From IMG/VR virus record IMGVR_UViG_3300028638_000411, positions 1 to 56,473 of that record: a stretch of 56,473 nucleotides of DNA. One strand, 5' to 3'. This DNA comes from a virus. Taxonomy: Duplodnaviria > Caudoviricetes. The notes below the pieces were generated by a model that ran no database searches, was not told the DNA's origin, and saw nothing but the letters and a program-made list of their open reading frames with translations. Below, piece after piece: positions 26,219 to 34,978 of the stretch. Made by a program: the position numbers and the translations under genes. The stretch's first letter is position 1. Every line of letters begins with the position of its first letter.

Positions 26219-27220
26219 ATGATGACATTTTGTGAAGAATGCCGCGAAATGGTGGCATATAAAATAAAAACCCTTCATATGACAATGGAGATCAAAGGAA
26301 AAAGCATTGAATTTGAGGGAAAAGAAGCTTATTGTCCTGAATGCGATAGTAAATTGTTTGTTGCAGAATTAAGAGATTACAATTTGAAACAGTTGGATAT
26401 AGCTTACAGAAAAGCTGAAAATCTAATCACTGTATCTGAAATTGAGCATCTTCTTCAGAAATACAACATTGGAAAAAGACCTTTATCCAATTTGCTTGGA
26501 TGGGGAGATATTACTTTAACTAGATACTTGGATGGATCTATCCCAACAAAACAATATTCAGATAGACTTCTTGAAATTTCCGGAGACATAAATGCAATGG
26601 AAGCAATTTTAGACAAAAATAAAGAATTGATTGCAGATTCGGCATATAAGAAATGTATTGAAGCTATTGAAAGAACTAAAAGCTTATCTTCGACAAATAT
26701 CTTTGAGAAGAAAATTGATAGCGTTACTAAATATTTACTTTTAAGATCATCAGAAATTACGCCATTAGCCTTACAAAAACTGTTGTACTATACGCAGGGA
26801 TTTAATAAGGTTTTTAACGATGTGTTCCTATTTGAGGAAGACTGTGAGGCATGGTCCCACGGTCCAGTATATCCAGAGATTTATCACAGTTATAAAAATT
26901 TCGGCTATAATCCAATCGAACTTGAAATTTCATATGATGATTCTCAATTAAACATTTCTAGCAGTGAGAAGGAAGTATTAGATGCTGTTATTGGAAACTT
27001 TGGATGTTATAGCGGTAAAGTACTTGAATTAATGACGCACTCAGAACAACCATGGTTAACAACTCGAAACGGTTTAAGCGATATTGCCCCCTCTAATGAG
27101 CCAATTGAAAAAGAATTAATAGCAAAATATTTTGAGCAGATAAAAGATAAGTACAACATGCTGAGCACCACCGATATCAGAGACTATAGCAAAGATTTGT
27201 TTGATAAGCTTTTTAGATAA
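26219..27220 (+). CDS. MqsA-type Zn-finger/HTH antitoxin fused to Panacea (DUF4065/SocA) domain
   Basis: CEEC...CPEC, HTH (LSNLLGWGDITLTRY), LQKLLYY..EAW.HGPV..TH.EQPW. Confidence 0.85.
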   Translation: MMTFCEECREMVAYKIKTLHMTMEIKGKSIEFEGKEAYCPECDSKLFVAELRDYNLKQLDIAYRKAENLITVSEIEHLLQKYNIGKRPLSNLLGWGDITLTRYLDGSIPTKQYSDRLLEISGDINAMEAILDKNKELIADSAYKKCIEAIERTKSLSSTNIFEKKIDSVTKYLLLRSSEITPLALQKLLYYTQGFNKVFNDVFLFEEDCEAWSHGPVYPEIYHSYKNFGYNPIELEISYDDSQLNISSSEKEVLDAVIGNFGCYSGKVLELMTHSEQPWLTTRNGLSDIAPSNEPIEKELIAKYFEQIKDKYNMLSTTDIRDYSKDLFDKLFR

Positions 27221-27282
27221 TCCGCTTGATCATTTCTTGCTTTAGAGAGCTGATTCTAGATTATAATCGAGAATTAACCAGA

Positions 27283-27315
27283 AGCCTTTGCAGGGCAAAC
27301 CTGTGAGGGCTTTTT
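27283..27315 (+). terminator. Terminator-like hairpin before HNH
   Basis: AGCCTTTGCAGG/CCTGTGAGGGCT plus T5. Confidence 0.6.
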
Positions 27316-27341
27316 CTATACCTAAAAGAAGGTGATCTTAA

Positions 27342-27725
27342 GTGCCCAATAGACCTAAACGCCCCTGCTCTCATCCGGGATGCCCGAAGCTGACAAGTGG
27401 AAGGTTCTGCGAGGAACACGCTAAACAGGAAGAAAAACGCTATGAGAAGTACGATCGAGACCCTGCTATGAAGAAACGATACGGTAGATCTTGGAAGCGG
27501 ATACGTGACCGATACATTGCCGCTCACCCGCTCTGTGAACAGTGTCAAAAACTTGGACAAGTCATTCCAGCCACAGAGGTGCATCATATCAAGCCACTGT
27601 CTCAGGGTGGCAGTCATGATTTTTCGAATCTGATGGCACTTTGTACCTCTTGTCACTCAGAGATCACTGCACGCGAAGGTGGTCGGTGGAAACGTCGCAA
27701 TCACAACCCCCTAGGGGGGCATTAA
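27342..27725 (+). CDS. Packaging-associated HNH endonuclease
   Basis: HPLCEQC..EVHHIKPL..NLMALC.SCHS; located before terS. Confidence 0.92.
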   Translation: MPNRPKRPCSHPGCPKLTSGRFCEEHAKQEEKRYEKYDRDPAMKKRYGRSWKRIRDRYIAAHPLCEQCQKLGQVIPATEVHHIKPLSQGGSHDFSNLMALCTSCHSEITAREGGRWKRRNHNPLGGH

Positions 27726-27795
27726 ATCTCTACAACCCTCAAACACTTGACCGGCCCCGAAGCTTCGCGCGAAAAAATGCAGGTTCAAACGGGTG
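27712..27795 (+). other. Probable cos region
   Basis: GC-rich intergenic stretch between HNH and terS, the usual cos position in HNH/P27-TerS phages; cut site not identifiable. Confidence 0.4.
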
Positions 27796-27829
27796 ATTAA
27801 CCAAAAATATCCAAGGGAGGTCGCGGCAC

Positions 27830-28408
27830 GTGGCTAAAGATGGCACCAATCGAGGCGGAAGGCGTGTTCGCGCCGGCGATAAACCTCAAGCACTGAATGA
27901 CAAAATCACAAAAGGAAAAGCAGCTAAGGTGCTTGAAGTGCCAGATCTTCATCCTGAATCCATTTTGGAAGTTGAGGATCTAGATGGCGCTGCAGACCTC
28001 TACGGTGAGGATATGCCCTCCCCTAGCGATTACCTCAGCTCAAGACAAAAGGATGGTAAACCTCTCGGAGCTGACCAACTCTTCATCGAAACCTGGCGCT
28101 GGCTTAAAGACCGCGGATGTGAGAAGTTCGTAAATCCAAGGTTAATTGAAGCTTATGCCCAGGCCTTTACACGCTATATCCAGTGCGAAGAAGCTATCAG
28201 CTTGTATGGACTCCTTGGCAAACATCCTACTACTGGTGGCGCGATGGCTAGCCCCTTTGTTCAAATGAGTCAGTCATTTCAGAAACAGGCGAACCTTCTC
28301 TGGTATGAAATTTTCGACATTGTTAAACAGAACTGCACGACAGCCTTCGTGAGCAATCCTCAGGAAGATATCATGGAAGCACTGCTATCTAAACGGAAAG
28401 GACGGTAA
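27830..28408 (+). CDS. terS: Terminase small subunit (P27 family)
   Basis: MAKDGTNRGG.R..AG N-terminus, LGKHPTTG; position. Confidence 0.85.
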   Translation: MAKDGTNRGGRRVRAGDKPQALNDKITKGKAAKVLEVPDLHPESILEVEDLDGAADLYGEDMPSPSDYLSSRQKDGKPLGADQLFIETWRWLKDRGCEKFVNPRLIEAYAQAFTRYIQCEEAISLYGLLGKHPTTGGAMASPFVQMSQSFQKQANLLWYEIFDIVKQNCTTAFVSNPQEDIMEALLSKRKGR

Positions 28409-28414
28409 CATCAA

Positions 28415-29659
28415 TTGAAAACAGCTGAACGATTTGAAAAAGTCAATATTGATCATCTTGTTCCCTATGCCAGAAATGCCCGGACCCATAGTAAAGAACA
28501 GATATTGCAACTTCGAGCGTCCATTAGAGAATTTGGTTTTCTCAATCCCGCGTTGATTGATAAAGATTTAAACATTATCGCAGGTCATGGAAGGATCCTT
28601 GCAGCCAAAGAAGAAGGCTTCACAGAAATCCCTTGTGTGTTTGTCGAACATCTGACTGAAGCTCAAAAGCGCGCCTATATCATTGCTGATAATCGTCTGG
28701 CACTGATCGCTGGGTGGGATGTCGAGATGCTCTCCGTTGAGCTGTCTGATTTACAAGGCGTTGAGTTTGACCTATCGCTTCTTGGCTTTGACGATGCTGA
28801 ACTTAATAAGCTCTTGGGTGGTATGGAAGATGTTAAAGACGACGACTTTGATGTGGAAGCAGAACTTCAAAAGCCTGCCATTTCTCAGCTTGGGGACCTT
28901 TGGCTTCTCGGAAAGCACCGAATGGTCTGCGGTGACAGTACAAAAGCAGAAACCTTTGATCTACTAATGGACGGAAAGCTAGCAAATCTAACAGTTACGG
29001 ACCCCCCATACAATGTAAACTATGAAGGGTCAGCCGGAAAAATTATGAATGATCATATGGCAGATGAAAAATTTTATCAGTTCCTACTGGATGCTTTCGT
29101 TTTGACTGAAAAAGCTATGGCAAAAGATGCCAGCATTTATGTCTTCCATGCTGACACTGAAGGTCTCAATTTTCGAAAGGCTTTTTCAGATGCTGGCTTC
29201 TATCTATCAGGCACATGTATCTGGAAAAAGCAATCGCTAGTTCTAGGACGATCCCCTTACCAGTGGCAACATGAACCTATCCTCTTCGGCTGGAAAAAGT
29301 CCGGTAAACATGCTTGGTACACAGATCGTAAACAGACCACCATCTGGGAATTTGATAAGCCAAGGAAAAGTGGGGATCACCCAACTTCAAAGCCAGTGCA
29401 ACTCATCGCCTATCCAATTGTGAACAGCTCAATGACAGGTTGCATTGTACTGGATCCATTCGGCGGCAGCGGTTCGACCGTTCTGGCCTGCGAGCAAACA
29501 GACCGAATCTGTTATACCGTAGAACTTGATGTAAAATTCTGCGATGTTATAACAAAAAGGTACATCGAAATGGTCGGATCGGATAAGGATATCTATCTCA
29601 TACGAAATGGAAAGAAAGTCTGTTATTCCGACGTGGTAGACGAGTCTAGCACGTCATAA
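28415..29659 (+). CDS. ParB-N domain plus beta-class N4/N6 DNA methyltransferase
   Basis: IIAGHGR (ParB), TDPPY, HPTSKP, LDPFGGSGS. Confidence 0.92.
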   Translation: MKTAERFEKVNIDHLVPYARNARTHSKEQILQLRASIREFGFLNPALIDKDLNIIAGHGRILAAKEEGFTEIPCVFVEHLTEAQKRAYIIADNRLALIAGWDVEMLSVELSDLQGVEFDLSLLGFDDAELNKLLGGMEDVKDDDFDVEAELQKPAISQLGDLWLLGKHRMVCGDSTKAETFDLLMDGKLANLTVTDPPYNVNYEGSAGKIMNDHMADEKFYQFLLDAFVLTEKAMAKDASIYVFHADTEGLNFRKAFSDAGFYLSGTCIWKKQSLVLGRSPYQWQHEPILFGWKKSGKHAWYTDRKQTTIWEFDKPRKSGDHPTSKPVQLIAYPIVNSSMTGCIVLDPFGGSGSTVLACEQTDRICYTVELDVKFCDVITKRYIEMVGSDKDIYLIRNGKKVCYSDVVDESSTS

Positions 29660-29718
29660 ATTTACACATTCCGTTCAAAATCAAACCTGTAAAATACCTT
29701 GAAAATAGCTAAATAACC

Positions 29719-29752
29719 CTTGCTATTCCCAAGCTTGTGAGTGATATATGTA
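29719..29752 (+). promoter_or_regulatory. Shared phage promoter motif copy 1
   Basis: CTTGCTAT-N12-GAGTGATATATGTA. Confidence 0.65.
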
Positions 29753-29783
29753 CTAACCAAAGAAGCGAAGGAGGCTTAGGGTT

Positions 29784-30476
29784 ATGGAAATAAATTTTAA
29801 CGTATCGGGTATAAATCGAAAGGAACTCGTCACAGCCATTGGTGAACTTGTTGGTAAACCAATTATCTACAGAGGTGCACCTACATTTTCATATGACGTC
29901 GGTGACTTTTCCATCGACAAAAGCGGCACCCTCCTCTTCCCTGTCACAGCGGACAGCGACCTGGTCAGCAAAGTCCTAACAGGCCTATCAGAAAGAGGGT
30001 TTGATTTTGATGAATCCGAAATGATGAACAAGCTCAGCATCGAGATGCCACTTGAGGGGTTCACCGAGGAAAGTATTGCGAAACTTGATAAGCTCATATC
30101 AAGTAAGGCAAGCCTGATCAAAAAAGCGCTCGGTGCAGCGGAACTTGCCATTGAAAGAACAGAGGCCACTCTCAAATTCCCATGGTTTAAGTTTCCTGCC
30201 ACGAGCGATGAAGTGGCTGCCTATTCTCAATTCATTAGTGCACTCTGCACTGCTGCAAAAGAACAAAGAAAGGTCACAGCGCGCGAGAGAGTCGTCGACA
30301 ATGAAAAATTCGCATTCAGAGTATTCCTGATCCGACTTGGATTTGTGGGAGATGAATATAAGCTAACGAGGAAGATTTTGCTTCGTAACCTTAGCGGCAG
30401 CTCGGCGTACGCTTCTATCCACCCTACTAAAGCTGATCAGGATGAAAGTTTAGTGAGCGAGGTCAATCATGAATAA
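29784..30476 (+). CDS. Conserved prophage hypothetical protein (often labelled virulence-related)
   Basis: RKELV.AI..Y.GAPTF.Y; NEKFAFRVFLIRLGF.G.EYK..RKILL. Confidence 0.75.
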   Translation: MEINFNVSGINRKELVTAIGELVGKPIIYRGAPTFSYDVGDFSIDKSGTLLFPVTADSDLVSKVLTGLSERGFDFDESEMMNKLSIEMPLEGFTEESIAKLDKLISSKASLIKKALGAAELAIERTEATLKFPWFKFPATSDEVAAYSQFISALCTAAKEQRKVTARERVVDNEKFAFRVFLIRLGFVGDEYKLTRKILLRNLSGSSAYASIHPTKADQDESLVSEVNHE

Positions 30477-30699
30477 ATTTCCTTCAAGAGAAACTGTCAT
30501 TCACCTTCGGAGTCAATATCCACGCGGCACAAGAGTTCAACTGGTTCACATGAATGATCCCTATTCATCACTAGAGCCTGGCGATCAAGGCACCGTCGAG
30601 TTTATCGATGACACTGGTACCATTTTCTGCAGTTGGGATAACGGATCTACCCTCGGTGTGGTTTACGGCGAAGATGCCGTTAAAATATTAATAGACTAG
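30469..30699 (+). CDS. DUF4314 protein
   Basis: YP.GTRV.L..M.DPY..G.V..IDD.G.I..WDNGS.L. Confidence 0.85.
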   Translation: MNKFPSRETVIHLRSQYPRGTRVQLVHMNDPYSSLEPGDQGTVEFIDDTGTIFCSWDNGSTLGVVYGEDAVKILID

Positions 30700-30751
30700 A
30701 ACAAGAAAACCAATGTGTCATATCAGCCACATAAAGAAGGAGGCCCTTACA

Positions 30752-31064
30752 GTGAAAGCGCTGTTTGGCAGAAAAATTTCGGACATTGATGAACTTAATG
30801 AATTAACTGTTTTGGCAATAAAGGACGGATTTTCACCTGAAGATTATGTCGTTACAAAAGAAGTCATCCTCAGTGATTTAGACTTTAAAGAACTCACAGC
30901 AGATCTACTCAAGGATCAGCCCTGGATCACCAAGGACGACGGTGGCCCTAATGAAGATGGCGAACTCAGATGTATCAGGGTGATAAACCAATCAACAGGT
31001 GAAAAGCTCCTTATTAATTCAGAAGGGTATGATTTCCCCTAGGTACACAGCCCTTGAAAAATAA
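30752..31064 (+). pseudogene. Hypothetical phage protein with probable +1 frameshift near its C-terminus
   Basis: Ends NSEGYDFP* at 31042; removing one C from the C4 run gives DFPRYTALEK* (stop 31064). Confidence 0.5.
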
Positions 31065-31075
31065 TAAAAGCAGGC

Positions 31076-31324
31076 TTAAATGCCTGCTTCTTTCATATGT
31101 TTGATGCACTCATAGCAATAGAATTTACCTTTGATTTTAATGATATCCTTGGTTTTATCACAGAGCGAACAGTGAGGCGTGCATTTTTTTAGGGTCATGG
31201 TGTCGTCCTCGATGAAAACTTCTAGATAATCTCTTTCCATGATACCAAACTGCTTTCTAAGTTCGATGGGGAGTACGACTTGGCCTAGTTCGTCTACTTG
31301 TCTGATAATACCAGCCGATTTCAT
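31076..31324 (-). CDS. AbrB-family regulator with C-terminal zinc ribbon
   Basis: MKSAGIIRQVDELGQVVLPIELRK; CSLC..CYEC; AGGAG RBS. Confidence 0.88.
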   Translation of the reverse strand: MKSAGIIRQVDELGQVVLPIELRKQFGIMERDYLEVFIEDDTMTLKKCTPHCSLCDKTKDIIKIKGKFYCYECIKHMKEAGI

Positions 31325-31424
31325 TGAACCGCTCCTTTAACTTTAATATGTATTTAATGGTATCTTAATCCAATTCCAAAATCAATGGTAATTGTATCAG
31401 TTAAGAAAATAACATGTAATACAA

Positions 31425-31458
31425 CTTGCTATAACCTCCGATACGAGTGATAAATGTA
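31425..31458 (+). promoter_or_regulatory. Shared phage promoter motif copy 2
   Basis: CTTGCTAT-N12-GAGTGATAAATGTA, followed by TAACCAAAGAAG as in copy 1. Confidence 0.65.
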
Positions 31459-31488
31459 ATAACCAAAGAAGTCACGGAGGTCAGGATT

Positions 31489-31701
31489 ATGTGGACAAGC
31501 GGAAAAATAGATGGCTACGAATATCACATTAAACATTTTGAAGAAGGCTCAGTCTATGGCATTGATGAGGGAAAAATCTCAAAAATAACGATAAGTAGGA
31601 ATGGCAGAATCCTCGTCAATTATGATCGTGGCTGGGATTTACTGCCGCAGGATGAAGACGTCGTAAGGATTTATGATTACCTTCTGAATTTGTTCAACTA
31701 A
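31489..31701 (+). CDS. Small conserved prophage protein
   Basis: GGAGG RBS; MW..G..K.F...S.YGI..GKISK..NYDRGWD. Confidence 0.75.
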   Translation: MWTSGKIDGYEYHIKHFEEGSVYGIDEGKISKITISRNGRILVNYDRGWDLLPQDEDVVRIYDYLLNLFN

Positions 31702-31718
31702 ACGCCCGACTCGATACC

Positions 31719-31747
31719 AAGAGCTTCGAACTTGAAGCTCTTTTCTT
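31719..31747 (+). terminator. Hairpin/terminator before terL
   Basis: AAGAGCTTC/GAAGCTCTT plus T-tract. Confidence 0.6.
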
Positions 31748-31783
31748 ATGTCCATTTTTTCGGAAAGGAGCGCTTTTCAACCG

Positions 31784-34411
31784 ATGCGTAAGCTGAAGAA
31801 GTATAAACCGACCAACTTTAAGGCGAGTGACAGTACTTACGACAAAGATGCTGCCGACTATGCGGTCGCATTCATCGAAGCGCTCTCCCATACCAAAGGC
31901 AGCTGGGCTGGGAAGCCCTTTGAACTCATCGACTGGCAGGAACAGATCGTGAGGGATCTATTCGGTGTCCTAAAGCCAAGTGGCTATAGACAGTTTAACA
32001 CCGCATATATTGAGATCCCAAAGAAGATGGGCAAACAAGTAGCTTTAGATACGATCATTCCCACCCCTAAAGGTTATACGACTATGGAAGAAATTAATGT
32101 GGGGGATGACTTATTTGACGAACAAGGAAACACATGTCGTGTTGTAGCAAAAAGCAACATCGATTTTAGCGAACAAGCTTTTAGAATTACATTTAAGGAC
32201 GGAGAAGTAATAGAGGCAGGTGAAAATCATCAGTGGCAAGGTGAGTATACACGGGGTAAGGCTAAAAAATGTATTCTGACCACAGGAGAACTCTATCGAT
32301 TACCTAAAGTTGGCAACTCCTACCGCTTTAGAATACCCGTTGCTAAAAATATTAAGGTTGAATCTGCTAAGTTACCAATAGAGCCATATCTAATGGGATA
32401 TTGGCTTGGAAATGGAAATGCTGTAAAGCCAGAGATAACAATCAAAACCGAGGATATCGCTGGTGTTCTAAATAATATTATTTGCTTCTATGAGACGTCA
32501 AGCTTATGGGAGAACACTGGAGATAGCATTGTCGTTAGAATACCGGCTTTGAAACAGGTTCTACTGAAAAGTTTTCTCGATAAGGTCATACCACTTGAAT
32601 ATCTGCGTGCAGGCAAACAAGATAGGCTCAGTCTATTACAGGGTTTGATGGATTCTGATGGAACTATTTGCAAAGATCAAGGTCAAGCAAGCTATTGTTC
32701 CACGGAGAAAGCCTTATCTGAAAGCGTAAGTGAATTATTGTGGAGTCTCGGAATCAAAAATGCTATTTCTGAGGCGGCGTCTACACAACGAAACGATTGG
32801 TCGAAAAAAAGTGCTGAGTGTGGTAGATGCTCAACCGGTAGGACTTTATATTATGTGAAGTTCACTGCCTTTGACGATACGATAATTTTCGGACTACAAA
32901 GAAAACAGAAAAATGATGTAAGGCGAAATAAAAGAACAAGAAGTCATTTTAGATACATTGATAAAATTGAACCTATTAAAAATCGAGGTATGCAGTGCAT
33001 ACAAGTTGACAGTCCATCGCATCAATATTTAGTAGGGCGTTCTTTTTTGCCAACTCATAACAGTGAGCTCGCTGCAGCGATTGCCCTGTTGCTTACCTGC
33101 GGTGATGGGGAAGAGCGTGCTGAAGTCTATGGGTGCGCCGCAGATCGTCAGCAAGCCAGTATCGTCTTTGAGGTTGCAGCCGACATGGTCCGCATGTGTC
33201 CAGCGCTCAATCGAAGGGTTAAAATATTAGCTTCCACAAAACGAATCATTTATCTACCGACAAATAGCTTCTACCAAGTCCTGTCGGCTGAAGCCTACTC
33301 AAAACACGGCTTTAACATCCACGGCGTCGTCTTTGATGAGCTTCATACTCAGCCCAACCGAAAGCTTTTTGATGTCATGACGAAAGGCTCAGGAGACGCT
33401 CGGACACAACCCCTCTACTTCCTAATCACTACGGCTGGAACAGACACCCAGAGCATCTGTTATGAAACACATCAAAAGGCACTCGACATCATAGAAGGCC
33501 GAAAACGCGACCCCACCTTCTATCCTGTCATCTATGGCGCGAAAGAGGATGAGGACTGGACAGATCCTAAGGTATGGAAAAAAGCCAATCCCAGCCTCGG
33601 AATTACAGTCGGTATCGATAAAGTGAGAGCCGCCTGCGAATCTGCTAAGCAAACCCCGTCTGAAGAGAATAGTTTCCGACAACTTCGATTAAACCAATGG
33701 GTCAAACAAGCTGTACGCTGGATGCCAATGGCTAGGTGGGATGCCTGTGCTTTTCCAGTTTCTATGGATGATCTTGAGGGACGCATCTGTTATGGAGGTC
33801 TAGACCTATCCTCAACCACAGACATCACTGCCTTTGTTCTCGTCTTCCCTCCATTGGATGAGAACGATAAATTTCAGGTTCTCCCCTTCTTCTGGATGCC
33901 TGAAGATAACATCAACCTTCGAGTGCGCCGGGATCATGTACAGTATGATCTCTGGGAGAAGCAAAGATTTCTGCTGACGACTGAAGGCAACGTGGTCCAC
34001 TATGGATTCATTGAGAAGTTCATTGAAGGCCTTGGAGAACGGTACAACATTCGCGAGATAGCCTTTGACCGCTGGGGCGCAGTGCAGATGGTACAGAACC
34101 TTGAAGGTCTTGGCTTTACTGTTGTTCCTTTCGGACAAGGATTTAAGGACATGTCCCCTCCTACCAAGGAACTTATGAAACTAACCCTTGAGGAAAAGAT
34201 CGCTCACGGCGGTCACCCCGTTCTCCGGTGGATGATGGACAACATTTTCATCAAGACTGATCCAGCGGGTAACGTTAAGCCGGACAAAGAAAAAAGCACC
34301 GAAAAAATTGACGGTGCTGTGGCAACTATAATGGCACTGGATAGAGCTATTCGATGCGGAAACAATAATGAGGGTAGCGTTTATGATGATCGAGGAATTA
34401 TCGTTTTATAA
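31784..34411 (+). CDS. terL: Terminase large subunit with intein
   Basis: Walker A IPKKMGK|S split by an intein; VVFDELH, ITTAG, GGLDLS, KIDGAVA. Confidence 0.95.
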   Translation: MRKLKKYKPTNFKASDSTYDKDAADYAVAFIEALSHTKGSWAGKPFELIDWQEQIVRDLFGVLKPSGYRQFNTAYIEIPKKMGKQVALDTIIPTPKGYTTMEEINVGDDLFDEQGNTCRVVAKSNIDFSEQAFRITFKDGEVIEAGENHQWQGEYTRGKAKKCILTTGELYRLPKVGNSYRFRIPVAKNIKVESAKLPIEPYLMGYWLGNGNAVKPEITIKTEDIAGVLNNIICFYETSSLWENTGDSIVVRIPALKQVLLKSFLDKVIPLEYLRAGKQDRLSLLQGLMDSDGTICKDQGQASYCSTEKALSESVSELLWSLGIKNAISEAASTQRNDWSKKSAECGRCSTGRTLYYVKFTAFDDTIIFGLQRKQKNDVRRNKRTRSHFRYIDKIEPIKNRGMQCIQVDSPSHQYLVGRSFLPTHNSELAAAIALLLTCGDGEERAEVYGCAADRQQASIVFEVAADMVRMCPALNRRVKILASTKRIIYLPTNSFYQVLSAEAYSKHGFNIHGVVFDELHTQPNRKLFDVMTKGSGDARTQPLYFLITTAGTDTQSICYETHQKALDIIEGRKRDPTFYPVIYGAKEDEDWTDPKVWKKANPSLGITVGIDKVRAACESAKQTPSEENSFRQLRLNQWVKQAVRWMPMARWDACAFPVSMDDLEGRICYGGLDLSSTTDITAFVLVFPPLDENDKFQVLPFFWMPEDNINLRVRRDHVQYDLWEKQRFLLTTEGNVVHYGFIEKFIEGLGERYNIREIAFDRWGAVQMVQNLEGLGFTVVPFGQGFKDMSPPTKELMKLTLEEKIAHGGHPVLRWMMDNIFIKTDPAGNVKPDKEKSTEKIDGAVATIMALDRAIRCGNNNEGSVYDDRGIIVL
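32036..33061 (+). mobile_element. Class 3 intein (342 aa) with LAGLIDADG domain
   Basis: Starts with Gln (QVALDT), ends THN|S; W in block B (ENHQW), C in block F (MQCIQV), T in block G; YWLGNG and GLMDSDG motifs. Confidence 0.9.
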
Positions 34412-34570
34412 TTTACTTTCAATTTTTTCGATTTTTGCTTCCAAGGTTTTTATTCGTTTGGGCAACTTTACCATATAGTAATAAAGTAGATAGACAACTC
34501 CGGCTAAGAGAAGTGTGTTTATTATTTGAGTAATAAGCGACAAATCGAAATTCAATAGACCCAACTTCAT
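34406..34570 (-). CDS. 54-aa single-TM moron protein (absent from ORF track)
   Basis: GGGGAGGA RBS, TG-n-TATAAT upstream; MKLGLLNFDLSLITQIINTLLLAGVVYLLYYYMVKLPKRIKTLEAKIEKIESKL. Confidence 0.65.
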   Translation of the reverse strand: MKLGLLNFDLSLITQIINTLLLAGVVYLLYYYMVKLPKRIKTLEAKIEKIESKL

Positions 34571-34652
34571 TTTTCAAATCCTCCCCCTAACTTAGTCTTA
34601 TTACTAATTTGATTATACCATAAATATTGCACCATCTGGCTATATTAACCAA

Positions 34653-34778
34653 AAAGAAAAAAGCATCTAGCGAATTGATGGTGCTGTAGCAACAATTATG
34701 GCACTAGATAGAGCATTAAGATGTGGAAGCAATGTCGGGGGAAGTGAATATGATGTTCGAGGCATTTTGAGTATATAG
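34653..34778 (+). pseudogene. Duplicated, diverged 3' end of terL
   Basis: KEKSI*RIDGAVATIMALDRALRCGSNVGGSEYDVRGILSI* versus terL KEKSTEKIDGAVATIMALDRAIRCGNNNEGSVYDDRGIIVL* (34286-34411). Confidence 0.9.
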
Positions 34779-34978
34779 TTTTGCCACATCCTCGCTTATG
34801 CATAAAAACGCCAATGAAATATGCAGAAGCCGCATGTTTTGTGCACTATTTGTACAGATTTTGACTAATTGTGAATCGCAAGTTAACACTTCGAATTCTC
34901 ACACGGTGAAATAACAAAGTCAAAAACCGACCGTTATTTCTTTTTGATTGAAAAAGCGAAATAGAGAGGTGAACAATA

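Noticed and set aside
29784-30476. Virulence factor
   Set aside because: The family label is historical; nothing in the sequence indicates toxin or secretion function.
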